Shown: positions 37,034 through 49,258 of the stretch, in pieces
Numbering within the stretch: position 1 is the stretch's first letter
Layout of the letters: each line of letters begins with the position of its first letter
Source of the DNA: Octopus vulgaris
Taxonomy: Eukaryota
DNA: 64,000 bases
NCBI GenBank assembly: GCA_951406725.2
Contig: OX597815.1
Span: 41,788,001-41,852,000 of the forward strand
Reading direction: 5' to 3'
Program-made: the position numbers and the translations under genes
The notes under the pieces: model-generated
Seen by the model: the letters and a program-made list of their open reading frames with translations, nothing else
What the model was told of the DNA's origin: nothing
Database searches by the model: none

Positions 37034-37760
37034 TTAATCCAAACAAGAAAGCACAAAAAAACACAACGCGAGGACGTGGAACAAATATAGTATTATTGGA
37101 CACTCAGGAAAGAAGGAGGGTTTAACGTTTCGAGCGGATCTCTTCGTCGGAAACATAGGAGAAGGAAAGTACACACGCCAACAGTACACACGCGGTCCCA
37201 ATCATCATCATCATCATCATCATTTAACATCCGTTTTCTGTGCTAGCATGGGTTGGATGGTTCGACTGGGGTCTGGGAAGCCAGGAGGCTGCACCAGGCT
37301 CCAGTCTGATCTGGCAGTGTTTCTACAGCTGGATGCCCTTCCTAACGCCAACCACTCCCTGAGTATAGTGGGTGCTTTTTATGTGCCACTGGCACAGGTG
37401 CCAGGGGAGGCTGGCAGTGGCCACGATCGGTTGGTGCTTTTTATGTGCCACCGGCACAGAAGCCAGTCAAGGCGGTGCTGGCAACGGCCACGTTCGGATG
37501 GTGCTTTTTATGTGCCACTGGCACAGGTATCACAACTACTATTTCCAATTGATATTCATTTTGATGTTGATGTACTTGACTCAATAGGTCTGTGTCTTTG
37601 TCTGTCCACCTCACCCTTGCCACTTGACAACCAGTGCTGTCCCTGTAACTTAGCAGTTCAGCAAGAGTGACAGACAGAATAAATACCAGGCTTTAAAAAG
37701 AAAAAAAATGTTAAGGGGTAGAATCATTCGACTAAAACAAGTAAAAGATAAAAGATAAGA
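36802..37760 (+). mobile_element. Family A SINE carrying nested Penelope-like (37031-37200) and RTE-tail (37201-37588) inserts
   Basis: Head at 36802-36960, (CT)n(TA)n, two inserts, then the family A tail resumes at ~37590. Confidence 0.8.
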
Positions 37761-39000
37761 ATATTGATGACAGTAACTTCGAAGTTTCAGCCAATTAAGC
37801 CATTATTAGACTGTGACGCATTGGAGTTAACCTTGGCTTTATATAGTCTCTGTTGAGTTAAAATCTTCCTCGGGTATGTGGGTCTGAGTGGAGAGGTAAT
37901 TAAGGTTTAGAGTGGTTTGTTACAGAGAGGTGTTTTGAGGAAATTTTTATTGATTAAATATGGGGTTATGTTATTGCTGATCCATTGCAGAGTTCAAGGC
38001 CAGCAATTTTGAAGGGTGAAGACAAGTCTATTATATCAACCCCAATACCTGAAAGGATGAAAGACAAAGTTGAACTTAGCAGGATTTGAAACATAAAGAG
38101 CTGGAAGAAATGCCACAAAGTATTTTGTCCAATGTGTTAATGATTCTGCCAGCTTGCCAACTGTAAAAACATATTGCTATAGTAGAATTGTCACCATTGT
38201 GATAATAGAATTGAACAAACATTATCATTGAATTCAAATTCTTATAAACTAATTTCTGAAATAAAATAAAGAACATCCCAAGCCATAAAGAGAGCAGCTG
38301 CCACATTCAGTATAAAGTATTTGTAGATATATTATTTCTGAAAATAAGAAACAACAAAATGTCTTTGATCATAGGTCTATTTGATCACATCCGACCAGGA
38401 ACTGAACAACAAGAACAGCAATAATGAATGTAACTTTTTCATCATCATCATCATCACCACCATTTAATGCCCACTTCCCTCCTCGCATGGATTGACAAGA
38501 TCTAGCATGCTGCAGGGCTAAGTTTAGCTCCAATGTTAGCTTTGGCAAAGTTTCTATGGCTAGATGCCCTTCCTAATAACAAACACTTAACAGAGTGTAC
38601 TAGGTGTGTTTTTCATGCCACCAGCATGAGTGAAGCCACTAAGTAATTTGCAAGACAAGAAAAGAACAGGAAGAAGGACATAAAATGTATAAGACCCTGA
38701 CTAAATGCTAAATATAATGTTTAAAATGCAACTATTTTGGCTAACTCAGTACTTAATTTAGTAACTTGACAGCTGAGTAACTTTCCTTTAAAATGTTAGA
38801 TAACTAAGCACATGATCATGAATTCAAACCTTAAAACTACAAAGAAAATTTTGGGGTCTGAGGAAAGATATTACTTTTATTACCAAAATAGACTGATTAA
38901 CAAAAATTTTCTTTTCTTTTTGGTTCAGTAATTTGAAGCATGAAGGGAATCTAGCTGTGAAAAACAACTGAGGTAACGATAGTAAGTAAAATAACAATAT

Positions 39001-39368
39001 TAAACGAGAACTCAGAGAGCGCAAACCTCCGCCAAGACAACACTAACATCCCCTCAACGATTAGCCAGAGATGATTTTTAAAATGAGAATATCTGAAATA
39101 AACTCGACTGCTCTCACAATCAAGAATACTAAAAATGAACCTACCTACTCTCAAAAAAAAAGTACAAAAACAAGAAAAATAATCCAGAATCCTTGTCCAG
39201 CACCAGATCAATCCCCAAATCTAACCAGTTCATGCCAGTCACAAGGCCAAACATCACTGAAAGTTTTATCCAAATCCATCCAGTGGTTCTTGAGATATCT
39301 TGTCCACGGGCAAACAAACAAACACAACTGAAAACAAAACCATCGCCTTCACTAAGGCGGAGGTAATA
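39001..39368 (-). mobile_element. Non-autonomous Helentron/HINE-like element
   Basis: Subterminal IR acctccgcc (~39025) / ggcggaggt (39356-39364), terminal hairpin cgcctt-cact-aaggcg, adjacent (GTTT)n, T-rich ends. Confidence 0.75.
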
Positions 39369-39776
39369 ACACTCCATTTAATGTTATTAAGGATAACTAT
39401 TATATAAGTAAATCTACATATAGACGCAGGAGTATCTGTGTGGTAAGTAGCTTGCTTACTAACCACATGGTTCCAGGTTCAGTCCCACTGCATGGTACCT
39501 TGGGCAAGTGTCTTCTACTATAGCCTCGGGCCAACCAAAGCCTTGAGAATGGATTTGGTAAATTTGATGAGGCAGAATTTTCTAGAGCCAGATAACCTTC
39601 CTATCACCAACCCTCACCCATTTTCAAGAAAGGAAATGTTTCTCAATGACTAGACATGTCTTCATGGAAGATTGGAAATGAATGATACCACTTACATGAC
39701 AATAACACTCACAAGTATTAAATTCTGTAATGTTGTGAAGGTAAGAAGATAGTTATGAGCACATGCACAAACACAC

Positions 39777-40078
39777 ATTATTATTATTATCATGGCTGGA
39801 TTCCAACCTGGGCCACAGCAACAAAGTCTACCTGCCACATTGATTGGTCCATCGTCACTACCTCAAGGTCCTGGATACATTCCAGGTGAGTGTCTGCAAT
39901 CAAGTTGTTGATGTGTGACAACATCTTCCTCTTTTACATTGACATAAAGTGAGTTTCACAAAACTAATTTGGATGTTTCCAGTTCAGGGTGGCACATGCA
40001 ATGATCAGATAGACACAACCATCTATGCCTGATCTTCTTGCTAACTTTTGACAGGTCTCCATAAAGGTACCACGTAGG
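39777..40078 (-). pseudogene. RTE LINE ORF C-terminal fragment with (TAA)n tail
   Basis: Minus: LYGDL..VSKKIRHRWL...DHCMCHPELETSKLV...RGR...MDQSMW, then ataataataat. Confidence 0.65.
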
Positions 40079-41082
40079 GCTTCTTTCAGTTTTCACCAAC
40101 CAAATCTACTCGCAAGGCTTTGGTCACACAGTGGAACTGAACTTGAAGCCATTTGGTTGGGAAACAAACTTCTTACAACACAGTTTAACTGGATGGAACT
40201 GAATAGAATATTAATTGCTAAATGTTATTGATAGTTTCTGTCAATTAAATGAAATATTTATGGCTGAAAGTAACAGTTGTGAACACATAATGTCAGAGTA
40301 AGGAATGAGGGAAGAAAAAGAAGTTTAACCATGTCAAGCCATATTCCTGCTATAGGAGGAATAGGTTAAATGTTATCTCTGCTGGATTCCCAGTAAAGAA
40401 GTAATGAACAACACACATGGAAAAAGAAGAAGCAACCAATTTTGCTCATTAGTTTACTTGCAATCATTATTCTTGAACTATATATGCAACTATATATTTT
40501 TTTTGTTTGGGAGCCCAGGTGGAGGGTAGAGTTAGACACAGGGACCCAGGTCTGAGAGGATTAAGTTTACATTTATCTCAAATGCCAACTCTGATAGATG
40601 ATATTTATGACCAAAAGCATTCCAACCTAGCCTATTCTATCTTAATATATATATCTACACCAGCCATGGACAAACTTCAGTCTGTGGGACTCCCTGAATG
40701 GCAAGCCTAATGAAAAATTACCTTGAATGTTTTTACTAATGTGGCCCACCTGTACCTGCTCTATACTGTTGAACATGTCTATCTTTTTAAGTTTGATTTG
40801 ATGGAGATTTGGCTGCTATTTCTAGCATGTGGATCAACTGCATAGTGGCGTCCTCATTGATTTATTTGGTAAATTGCTGGCTGTTGGCAACTAATTCTAT
40901 TTTTTCGTTTATTTCTTTTTTCTTTTTTTTCATGCAAAAGACAGTGTGTGTGAAGCATGATGATGCATGATAGTGAGATATGGATAGTGAATATGGATGT
41001 TTTTGGAGAAGCTGAAAAGAGATAAAGCACATGTGATTTGTCAGACATGTAATGTTAACATGCATGAAGGGTAGAGAAGAAC

Positions 41083-41680
41083 AAGTGAGCTGAGAGAGTG
41101 GCTGGGCAATAAAGACTTCACGTTAAAAGTGCAGAGGAGATGCCTAAGATATTATGGTCATGTGATATGAATGAACAAGACCGTGGAGGCACATGGCCTA
41201 GTGGTCAGAGAAGTGAACTCACGGTCGAGGGATCGCGGGTTTGAATCTCAGACCTGGCGATTTGTGTGCTTATGAGCGAAACACCTAAGCTCCATGCAGC
41301 TCCAGCAGAAGGTAATGGCGAACTTCTGCTGACTCTTTCGCCACAAATTTCTCTTACTCTTTCCTCCTGCATCTAGCAGCTCACCTGTGACAGACTGGCA
41401 TCCTGTCCAGGTGGGGAATCTATACGCCAATGAAACCAGGAAACCAGCTCTTATGAGCCAGGCATGGCTCAAGAAGGAACAAAGGGAAAAAATAATAAAA
41501 TGGATACGGTGAGCTGGATGACAAAGTGTCAGAGGAAGACATAGGAAAAGAGTTAGTAAAAGTTAGATCTCATGATGCTGGGTCTTACAGAGATCACACA
41601 CACACACACAAAAAAAAAACAGATCTGTTATGAGATGCTGCAAAGTAGATTTAACCAATTCACACAAACAAAAAATACAG
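41083..41680 (+). pseudogene. Degenerate RTE ORF end interrupted by a family C SINE
   Basis: ELREWLG...VQRRCLRYYGHVI.M, insertion, then DLMMLGLTE as in 10401-10604. Confidence 0.6.
41183..41483 (+). mobile_element. SINE family C with tail type 1
   Basis: Colinear with 28119-28425. Confidence 0.88.
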
Positions 41681-41894
41681 CCATACACTTAGAATGTTGT
41701 TGTTGATGATAAATGATGATGATGATGATACAGATGTTGAGATTCAAGCAATGGCAGTCATTTGGAGTTCTCTTACACCTATCCATCTGGTTAAAAAATA
41801 AACACAAAATGTATTTAAGAGAACAGAGCTCCTCCTTTGATCTGAGAACTAAGACTGCCTCTGTATAAATACATCATTGTGAATATGATTTACG

Positions 41895-42280
41895 TGTTTC
41901 AGTCATCAGACTGTGGCCATGCTGGGGTACCACCTTGAACAATTTTTAGTCAAATGAATAAACCCCTGAACTGTTTTTATTTTTAAAGCCTGGTACTTCT
42001 ATCGGTCATTTTTGACAAACCACTACATTATGGGGATGTAAACACACCAACACCAGTTGTTAAACAGTAGGAGACAAACACAGGCACAAAGACACACAAA
42101 TATATATATATATACAATGGGCTTCTTTCAGTTTCCATCTATCAAATCCACTCACAAGGCTTTGGCCTGAGGCTATAGTAGAAGACACTTGCCTTGCCCT
42201 AGGTGCCAAGCAGTGGGACTGAATGCAGAACCATGTGGTTGGGAAGCCAGTTTCTTACCACATAGCCACTCTTGCACCTA
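41895..42280 (-). mobile_element. SINE family A
   Basis: Family A head, core and tail on the minus strand. Confidence 0.82.
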
Positions 42281-42555
42281 GAATAATATTTTTTTAATAT
42301 AAATTCTATTATAGAATGCAAAGGAATGAAAAAAAAATTAATTTCAAATGGTTTCAGATATACCTATTTTTGTAACAAGAAACCAAGTTGGATTTTTTAA
42401 GCATGAAAAAAAAAAGAATTCAAAATAAATACAAAAATATAGAAGTACATCAGACAATAAATACAATGTATATGCAAAATATATCTGAAGAATATATGAT
42501 TTAAGGTAGGAAGCTCTGCAGAGATTAAAACATTTTATTCTCTATAAAATCCTAC

Positions 42556-42626
42556 CTTTGACAAAATTTAAAATTTCATTATTTTTTTTTCATATCCTGC
42601 ATCATATGAAGACTACAGGTTTGTCC
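42556..42626 (-). other. Candidate non-coding (5'UTR) exon, 71 nt
   Basis: Acceptor ttttatacatcattttatcag| and donor caaag|gtagga; all three frames closed; lies in a repeat-poor stretch. Confidence 0.25.
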
Positions 42627-43392
42627 CTGATAAAATGATGTATAAAATAATCTAAAATCATTATGAAAGACAAGAAATTCAACACTAACCGAAAGTATAT
42701 ATATTTTCCATTCAAACCAATAATACTTGCTGTGTACTTATCTACCAACATGAAAGTCTCCACTAAACCGTATTCCATGATATTAACTCTCTCTCTCTCT
42801 CTTCCTTTTTTTTTGTTTTCTCTTTCTCTTCTTTCTCTCATTCTTGCTCTCTTTCATATATAAACATACCCCATAGTTTTTAGCCATCCTTAATGACCTT
42901 AATCTTTCTCTCAAGTTGTGTTCTCTTGATTATGCTCTTCTTCAGTTGTGGGTTTGTAAAATAAAACAAAGCAAGAATCAAATTTGGGGGTTGTGGTATC
43001 CAGGTGGGGAGGAGGGGGTAAGGGTAAGGTAGTAAGTAACGTCAAGGACAAAAAGAATTAAAAAAAAGATGCTGAAAAAATTTAGGCTTCCTTCTATGGC
43101 AACTAATAGTGTAGTAGTGGCTCTGGTCACTGTCCTCCAAAATGTTGCTAGATTTCATAGGTTATTTAGTGCAATTAACTCTAGCTTTAATTGGTACAGA
43201 GAGAAAGGGGAAGAGGAAAGAATATGTGGAGAAGAATTTGTATAGAAATGAAAGTGAATTTAGGAGAAAAGACAAAGAAATAGAAAAAGTAAGAAATAGG
43301 AGTGATAACAAATCAGCTTAAAATGGAGTATAAAGTCATGAAAGAACAGTGAAAAAAGAGGCGGGGAGTGGAGGTATATGATAAAAATTCTG

Positions 43393-43763
43393 TGGCGAGC
43401 TGGCAGAAATGCTGAGCGGTACGTTCTGAGTTCAAATTCCGCCGAGGTCGACTTTGCCTTTCATCCTTTCGGGGTCGATAAATTAAGTACCAGTTACGCA
43501 CTGGGGTCGATGTAATCGACTTAATACCTATGTTTGTCCCCTCTGTGTTTAGCCCCTTGTGGGTAATAAAGAAATAGGTATTTCGTCCTACGCTACCTAC
43601 GTTCTGAATTCAAATTCCGCCGAGGTCAACTTTGCCTTTCATCCTTTCAGGGTCGATAAATTAAGTACCAGTTACGCACTGTGGTCGATGTAATCAACTT
43701 AATACCTACGTCTGTCCTTGTTTGTCCCCTCTATGTTTAGCCCCTTGTGGGTAATAAAGAAAA
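43393..43763 (+). mobile_element. SINE family B tandem dimer
   Basis: Two head-to-tail bodies, each ending gccccttgtgggtaataaagaaa. Confidence 0.88.
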
Positions 43764-45076
43764 TAATTTTCAAAAATGATTAAGAAATTTGAAAGACAAA
43801 AGAGAAATAGAGATAAAGAAAATTAGAAGTCACAAGCTAAAAAGAAGAGAAGGAGAAATAAGAAATGAAGAAATGATAAATTAGAATAACAACTGTGTTG
43901 TTATGTTAAAAAATAAACCATTGAGAATAAATTTAACTTTTGATGTTAACTACATTAAATATGTTAACAATAACTTAACTATTGTTATTGTTTAGCATCA
44001 GATTAGCCCGGGGTGCCAGAGGGTGGGGGGGGGGTATGTTGACATAAAATTTCAGTTGAAAAGAAAATAATGAAGAGATAAGTCATTCATTTGTTATGAA
44101 AAGAGAAGAAACAAAGTAATGTGAATGAGGGTAAGAAGAGAAAAAAAATGACAAATATATCTTAAAAACAACACATTTCTTTGTTGACTTATTTCACATG
44201 GGTTTATGTTAATTGTTGAATTAAACAACAGTTCTGTGTGTGTGATGTGGATGTATATGTAGTTGCTCATACAAAACATATGTTACTTTATACAAGCAAT
44301 GTGTTGTTCTTGACATCAACTACAACCGACATCATACTCAACCACATAAACACATCATACACAGTGAAGACGGAATACTAAGAGTTACATACAAATACAT
44401 CTCCACAACACTCCAAAAAGACAATAAAGAAAACAAAATGATACACAAATATTTAAAGTACTCAGAGTACAACATTTGACCAAGAGAAAGAAACAATAAT
44501 GGTGGTACACAAACAATATATTAAATCTATCATAGATTGTGTCAATCCAATTTAGGCCCCCAGTTTCTTCATAATTAAAGCACTAAAGTGTAGATAACAC
44601 AAAACTGTGCAATTACCACAGGTTGTCCGCAGATCACAGCTGCTAAATTTTTCAGACCAAAATTTTCAGCTGAAATAGATAGGCCAACTTATACACCAAG
44701 ACGACATTGGAGGACCAAAAGTTTCATGGTGAAAAGCAACAGGACTTGGAAAGATAGTAAGGATGTTTGAATGTTTACACTACATGTTTATAGCAAATAC
44801 TATGTTGATTTATAGGCTGTAAAATGTAGTACCAACCACCTGCATAATGCAACAAAAACACTAAAAATAAAAGACCACCTAAATATGTAAGAAGCAAACT
44901 TCAACCTCCAGGGTATGAGCCACTGCATGAAAAAAAAATCACCTCCAAACTCCCAGGAGACTATGATAAGACCTTTCTATAAAAAAACATTTTCTCTCTC
45001 CCACTCAAGCAAAATAAGCAAAAAATATTAATATACATATAGCTGAAGCATTAAAAGATCAAAAGTCAATAATATA

Positions 45077-45958
45077 CAAGGTGATATCAAAAAGTTCCAG
45101 GACTTGGGACTTGTTATGTTTGATATAAAATAACTTATTTACCTAAGTTTCAATATCATCTCCTTCAAAATAGTGACCTTGTGTAGTAATACACAAGTCC
45201 CAGTGTTCCTGCCACTTTTGGAATCCAGCCTGGAAGTCGGTTTTCTGTAAGTGAGTCAAGGACCTCCTGTGATTTGCTCTGTATCAACATCAGTGTTAAA
45301 ATGGTGACTTTTGAGGTGCTAAATCTGAATAGGGCAGGTGTGGAAACGATACCATGTTTTCGGTGAGAAACTCATGAGTAAGGAGAACCTGGTGACAGGG
45401 TTTATTGTTGTCATGAAGAATCCAATTCTTCATCCTCCACAGATCCGGTTGCTTTTGCTAAGTGTCTTCCCTCGAATGCTTCAAAACGTTGCAGTAGAAT
45501 TCTCAATTGACAGTCTGGCCCTGGGGAACAAATTCTTGATGCACAACACCACATTTCCGGTGAGATAACACACAAGATAGGTCTTCCATATTGCTCATCT
45601 TCCAAGGATGTTCTTCCACTTTTGTAGTGCCTGTGTCACTTGAAACATTGCATTCGACCCATTGCCTGATGACCGTAAGCTTGCCAAAGCATGTTCAATG
45701 CCTCTGTAGCAGACTTCCCAAGTTTAATGCAAAATTTCATGTTAGCTCTTTGTTCCTGTCCATGACAAAATTGCAGACTACAGCATACACATGACCACAA
45801 AAACACAAATTTCACAATTTGCGAAGTAAACATAGTTATGTCACTCAGTACACTGCTTTCTGAAAGTCACTGCTAGCTCTATGTACACAACCATTGTGTT
45901 GCCATCTGTTGGGGCAATATAGAACAACTAGTCTGAGAACTTTTTGATACTACCTCAA

Positions 45959-45959
<1 letters not shown>
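45077..45959 (-). mobile_element. Mariner transposon, internally deleted, both TIRs present
   Basis: TIR-like ends caaggtgatatcaaaaagttcc / gaactttttgatactacctc with TA flanks; EQRANMKFCIKLGKSATEALNMLWQAYG (HTH), LHDNN.PCH and PYS.DLAP motifs. Confidence 0.88.
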
Positions 45960-46029
<70 letters not shown>

Positions 46030-46329
46030 AATGTAAGAACCAGAGATCAAGGTGTAGGAAGAAAGTCAGCTTTAAGCAATCCATAGTAAATATTAAAAAA
46101 AAAACTTTCAGGAACAATAGTGGTTTATTGAAACAGAAGGTTGTGGATTTTTTTTTTGTATCGAAGTACAATAAGCTAAAAAATGTGTTCTTTTTCTATT
46201 TCACAGTAGGTGACCAGGGTTGTTGCCAAGTGTGCGAATAAGAATACGAGGGTTATAGAATGGAGTAGATTATATATATATATATATAATCAGATCGCCA
46301 TGTTGATTCGTTAGTTACTGCACGCATTT

Positions 46330-46510
46330 TTTTTCTCTCCTTCTTTCTGTGTTTTTTTTCTCTCTGTGTATCTTTCTGTTGAAGAGCGTAGGCTCGAAAC
46401 GTTAAAGACTTGTTTTATTTATATTTCCTGAGCGCCATACTAATACAATTGTTTGTTTGTTTTCCACCTGCCTTCGTCTTTTGTCTATTTTCATAAAGCT
46501 TCCCGTTATA
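46330..46510 (+). mobile_element. Penelope-like pLTR mini-element with hammerhead-like motif
   Basis: ~140 bp near-identical to 24027-24170 (one mismatch by eye); ends in (TA)n. Confidence 0.7.
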
Positions 46511-46530
46511 TATATATATATGTGTAAATG

Positions 46531-46689
46531 TAGGCGTAGGAGTGGCTGTGCGGTAAGTAGCTTGCTTACGAACCATATGGTTTTGGGTTCAGTCCCACTT
46601 CGTGACACCTTGGGCAAGTGTCTTCTACTATAGCCTCGGGCCGACCAAAGCCTTGTGACAGAAACTGAAAGAAGCCCGTCATATGTATG

Positions 46690-46733
<44 letters not shown>

Positions 46734-46900
46734 TGTCCCCCCCCCCCCAACATCACTTGATAACTGATGCTGGTGTGTTTACGTCCCCGTAACTTAGCAG
46801 TTCGGCAAGAGACTGATAGAATAAGTACTAGGCTTACAAAGAATAAGTCCTGGAGTTGTCCAGCATGGCCACAATCAAATGACTGAAACAAGTAAAAGAG
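46531..46900 (+). mobile_element. SINE family A
   Basis: aggcgtaggagtggctgtgcggtaag ... gactgaaacaagtaaaagag. Confidence 0.88.
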
Positions 46901-46959
46901 ATATACACATATATATAAATACATAGATATACATACGTACATACACACACATATATATT

Positions 46960-47280
46960 GGCACTCTGTTGGTTACAACAATGAGGGTTCCAGTTGATCT
47001 GATCAAAGGAACAGCCTGCTCGTGAAATTAACATGCAAGTAGCTGAGCACTCCGCAAACATATATACACTCAATGTAGTTCTTACAGAGATTCAGCATGA
47101 CACAGAATATGACAAGGTTGGCCCTTTGAAATGCAGGCACAATTCACTTTAGTCATGAGTTAACTGGGTCAACATGAAATAAGTGTCTTGCTCAAAAACA
47201 CAATGCGTCACCAGGGAATTGAACTCATGACCCAACAAGTGTGAGCCGAATACTCTAACAACTTGGCCACTTGCCCTCAC
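46960..47280 (-). mobile_element. SINE family D with tail type 2
   Basis: Same tail as 28025-28643 and 56483-56864 (cacgagcaggctgttcc...gatcaactggaaccctc). Confidence 0.75.
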
Positions 47281-47324
47281 ATATACTTACACATATACAC
47301 ACATATATATATATATATATATAT

Positions 47325-47570
47325 TCATGCCGGTGGCACGAAAAAAACACCATCCGTTCGTGGCCGTTTGCCAGCTCTGTCTGGCACCTGTGCAGGTGGC
47401 ACGTAAAAAGCACCCACTACACTCACAGAGTGGTTGGCGTTAGGAAGGGCATCCAGCCGTAGAAACACTGCCAAATCTGACTGGGCCTGATGAAGCCTTC
47501 CGGCTTCACAGACCCCAGTTAAACCGTCCAACCCATGCTAGCATGGAAAACGGACGCTAAATGATGATGA
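47325..47570 (+). mobile_element. RTE LINE 3'UTR
   Basis: gtggttggcgttaggaagggcatccagccgtagaaac...ccatgctagcatgg...tgatgatga. Confidence 0.8.
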
Positions 47571-47586
47571 TATATATATATATAAT

Positions 47587-47878
47587 GTGAAGGCACAATG
47601 CTTGGTGGTTAGAGTGTTGGGATCTCAATCATGAAATAGTGAGTTTGATTTCTAGACCAGGGTGTGTGTTGTGTTCTTGAGCAAGACACTATTTCACATT
47701 GCTCCAGTTCACTCAGTTGTAGAAATGACTTGCAATGTCACTGGTGCCAAGCTGCATCGACCTTTGCCTTTCCCTTGGATAACATTGGTAGCGTGGAGAG
47801 AGGAGGCTGACATCTCCGGACTTGTGCCTCAAAGGAGAATTTTCTAGGTGCAATCTCATGATCATTCTTTACCCTTTA
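47587..47878 (+). mobile_element. SINE family D head with another tail type
   Basis: aggcacaatgcttggtggttagag...gtgttcttgagcaagacact...gctccagttcactcag, then a distinct tail. Confidence 0.65.
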
Positions 47879-48794
47879 TATATACATATATATATATGGG
47901 TGTGTGTGCACATGTGTTTGTGTGTTACTGTCTTCTGTCCTTGATATTGCATCTTAGTTGTAAGCTAGTTCCACTGTCATCTAAGCAGTGTCCGTTTCCA
48001 TTATCCTGTAACAACCTGTCTGGTCATGAAGAAATATTATTTTATGGCATCCAGTTGTAGAAACTCTACCTGAATTAATTCTATTTGACTCATGCAGGCA
48101 TAGAAAGTGGACATTAAGATGATGACATCCATAGTTAACTAACAAGATCAAAGGAGGAAGAAGAGGAAGAAAAGGCAATAGTTGTGAAAGGGGGTGGGAG
48201 AACATAAAAATAATTGCTTATTTCATTAACTTTTTTAAAATGAATCAGGACTGATGGTGGTAGCATAACAAACACCAGTTAAGTCTAGCAAAAGATTGTT
48301 CTAAATGAACAAGTTAGGCTGGAGATAAGGAGTGAGGAAGGGTTTTCTTGTAGGCCAACAATAGTTGGGTGAAAGCATACACAGACAGATAGATAGAGGC
48401 AACTTTGAGTAGATTTAAAGCTCAGTCAACAATATTGACTGAGTTGCGCTATTAGACCACCAGGTTGGGAGAAATTCAGCAGTATCAACTGTTACCTCGC
48501 TTTGGTATTTCCCATTGATAACAGCTCAAGAGCTAGAAACACAGCATCAGGGAATCTAACAGGGGCCAAAACTGGACAGATATGATGTTTTTACACTTTT
48601 TGCCATAAGAGAGAATTTTTTCTCGATGGTAACTGCAGTGAATTAGTCTTTAGAAGATGAAATATATCACAAACATTGTTAACTAACCAAAAGTTCACTT
48701 ATGCCAAAACACTGGTACTTGTGAATATATGGTGACATATATGATATAGAGTGAAAGAGATATACATATATATATATACATACACACACAGATT

Positions 48795-48940
48795 GGATTG
48801 GATTGCCTAAATTCAGTCCACTGCAGAATGAAGGCCTCAGTATGCTCTCTCCACTAATCATGGTCTGATGTGCAGGCCATGAATTTGAGATCATACTGGT
48901 TTGATGAGCCTACTCTGCCACACTGGCTTGACGTGGCTTG
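48795..48940 (-). pseudogene. RTE LINE terminal ORF fragment
   Basis: Minus: D..*WREHTEAFILQWTE, matching the W....EAF..QW end of RTE-1-like ORFs. Confidence 0.6.
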
Positions 48941-48943
48941 ACA

Positions 48944-49000
<57 letters not shown>

Positions 49001-49209
49001 CATGTATATATATATATATATATTTGGATTCTCATCAGCCTGGGGTGATAGGTTCTGTTAGTGGCTTCGAAACTTGTAGTGGCACAGAATTCAAATAGAA
49101 GTGTTTTGAATAATACATATAATTCCCAATAAATGTGTTCAGTGCCGTTTCTTTTGTTTGTCCACTCACTCATGTGTGTGTGTATGTGTGTATACAAGCA
49201 CACAAACAC

Positions 49210-49258
<49 letters not shown>

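Noticed and set aside
37770-37830. Further hammerhead-like motif on minus (ctaataatggc...ggctgaaac)
   Set aside because: Core too degenerate (CTAATAA); at most a dead Penelope pLTR remnant
48421-48443. Hairpin ctcagtcaa-caata-ttgactgag
   Set aside because: A 9-bp stem is expected by chance in 64 kb; no supporting context
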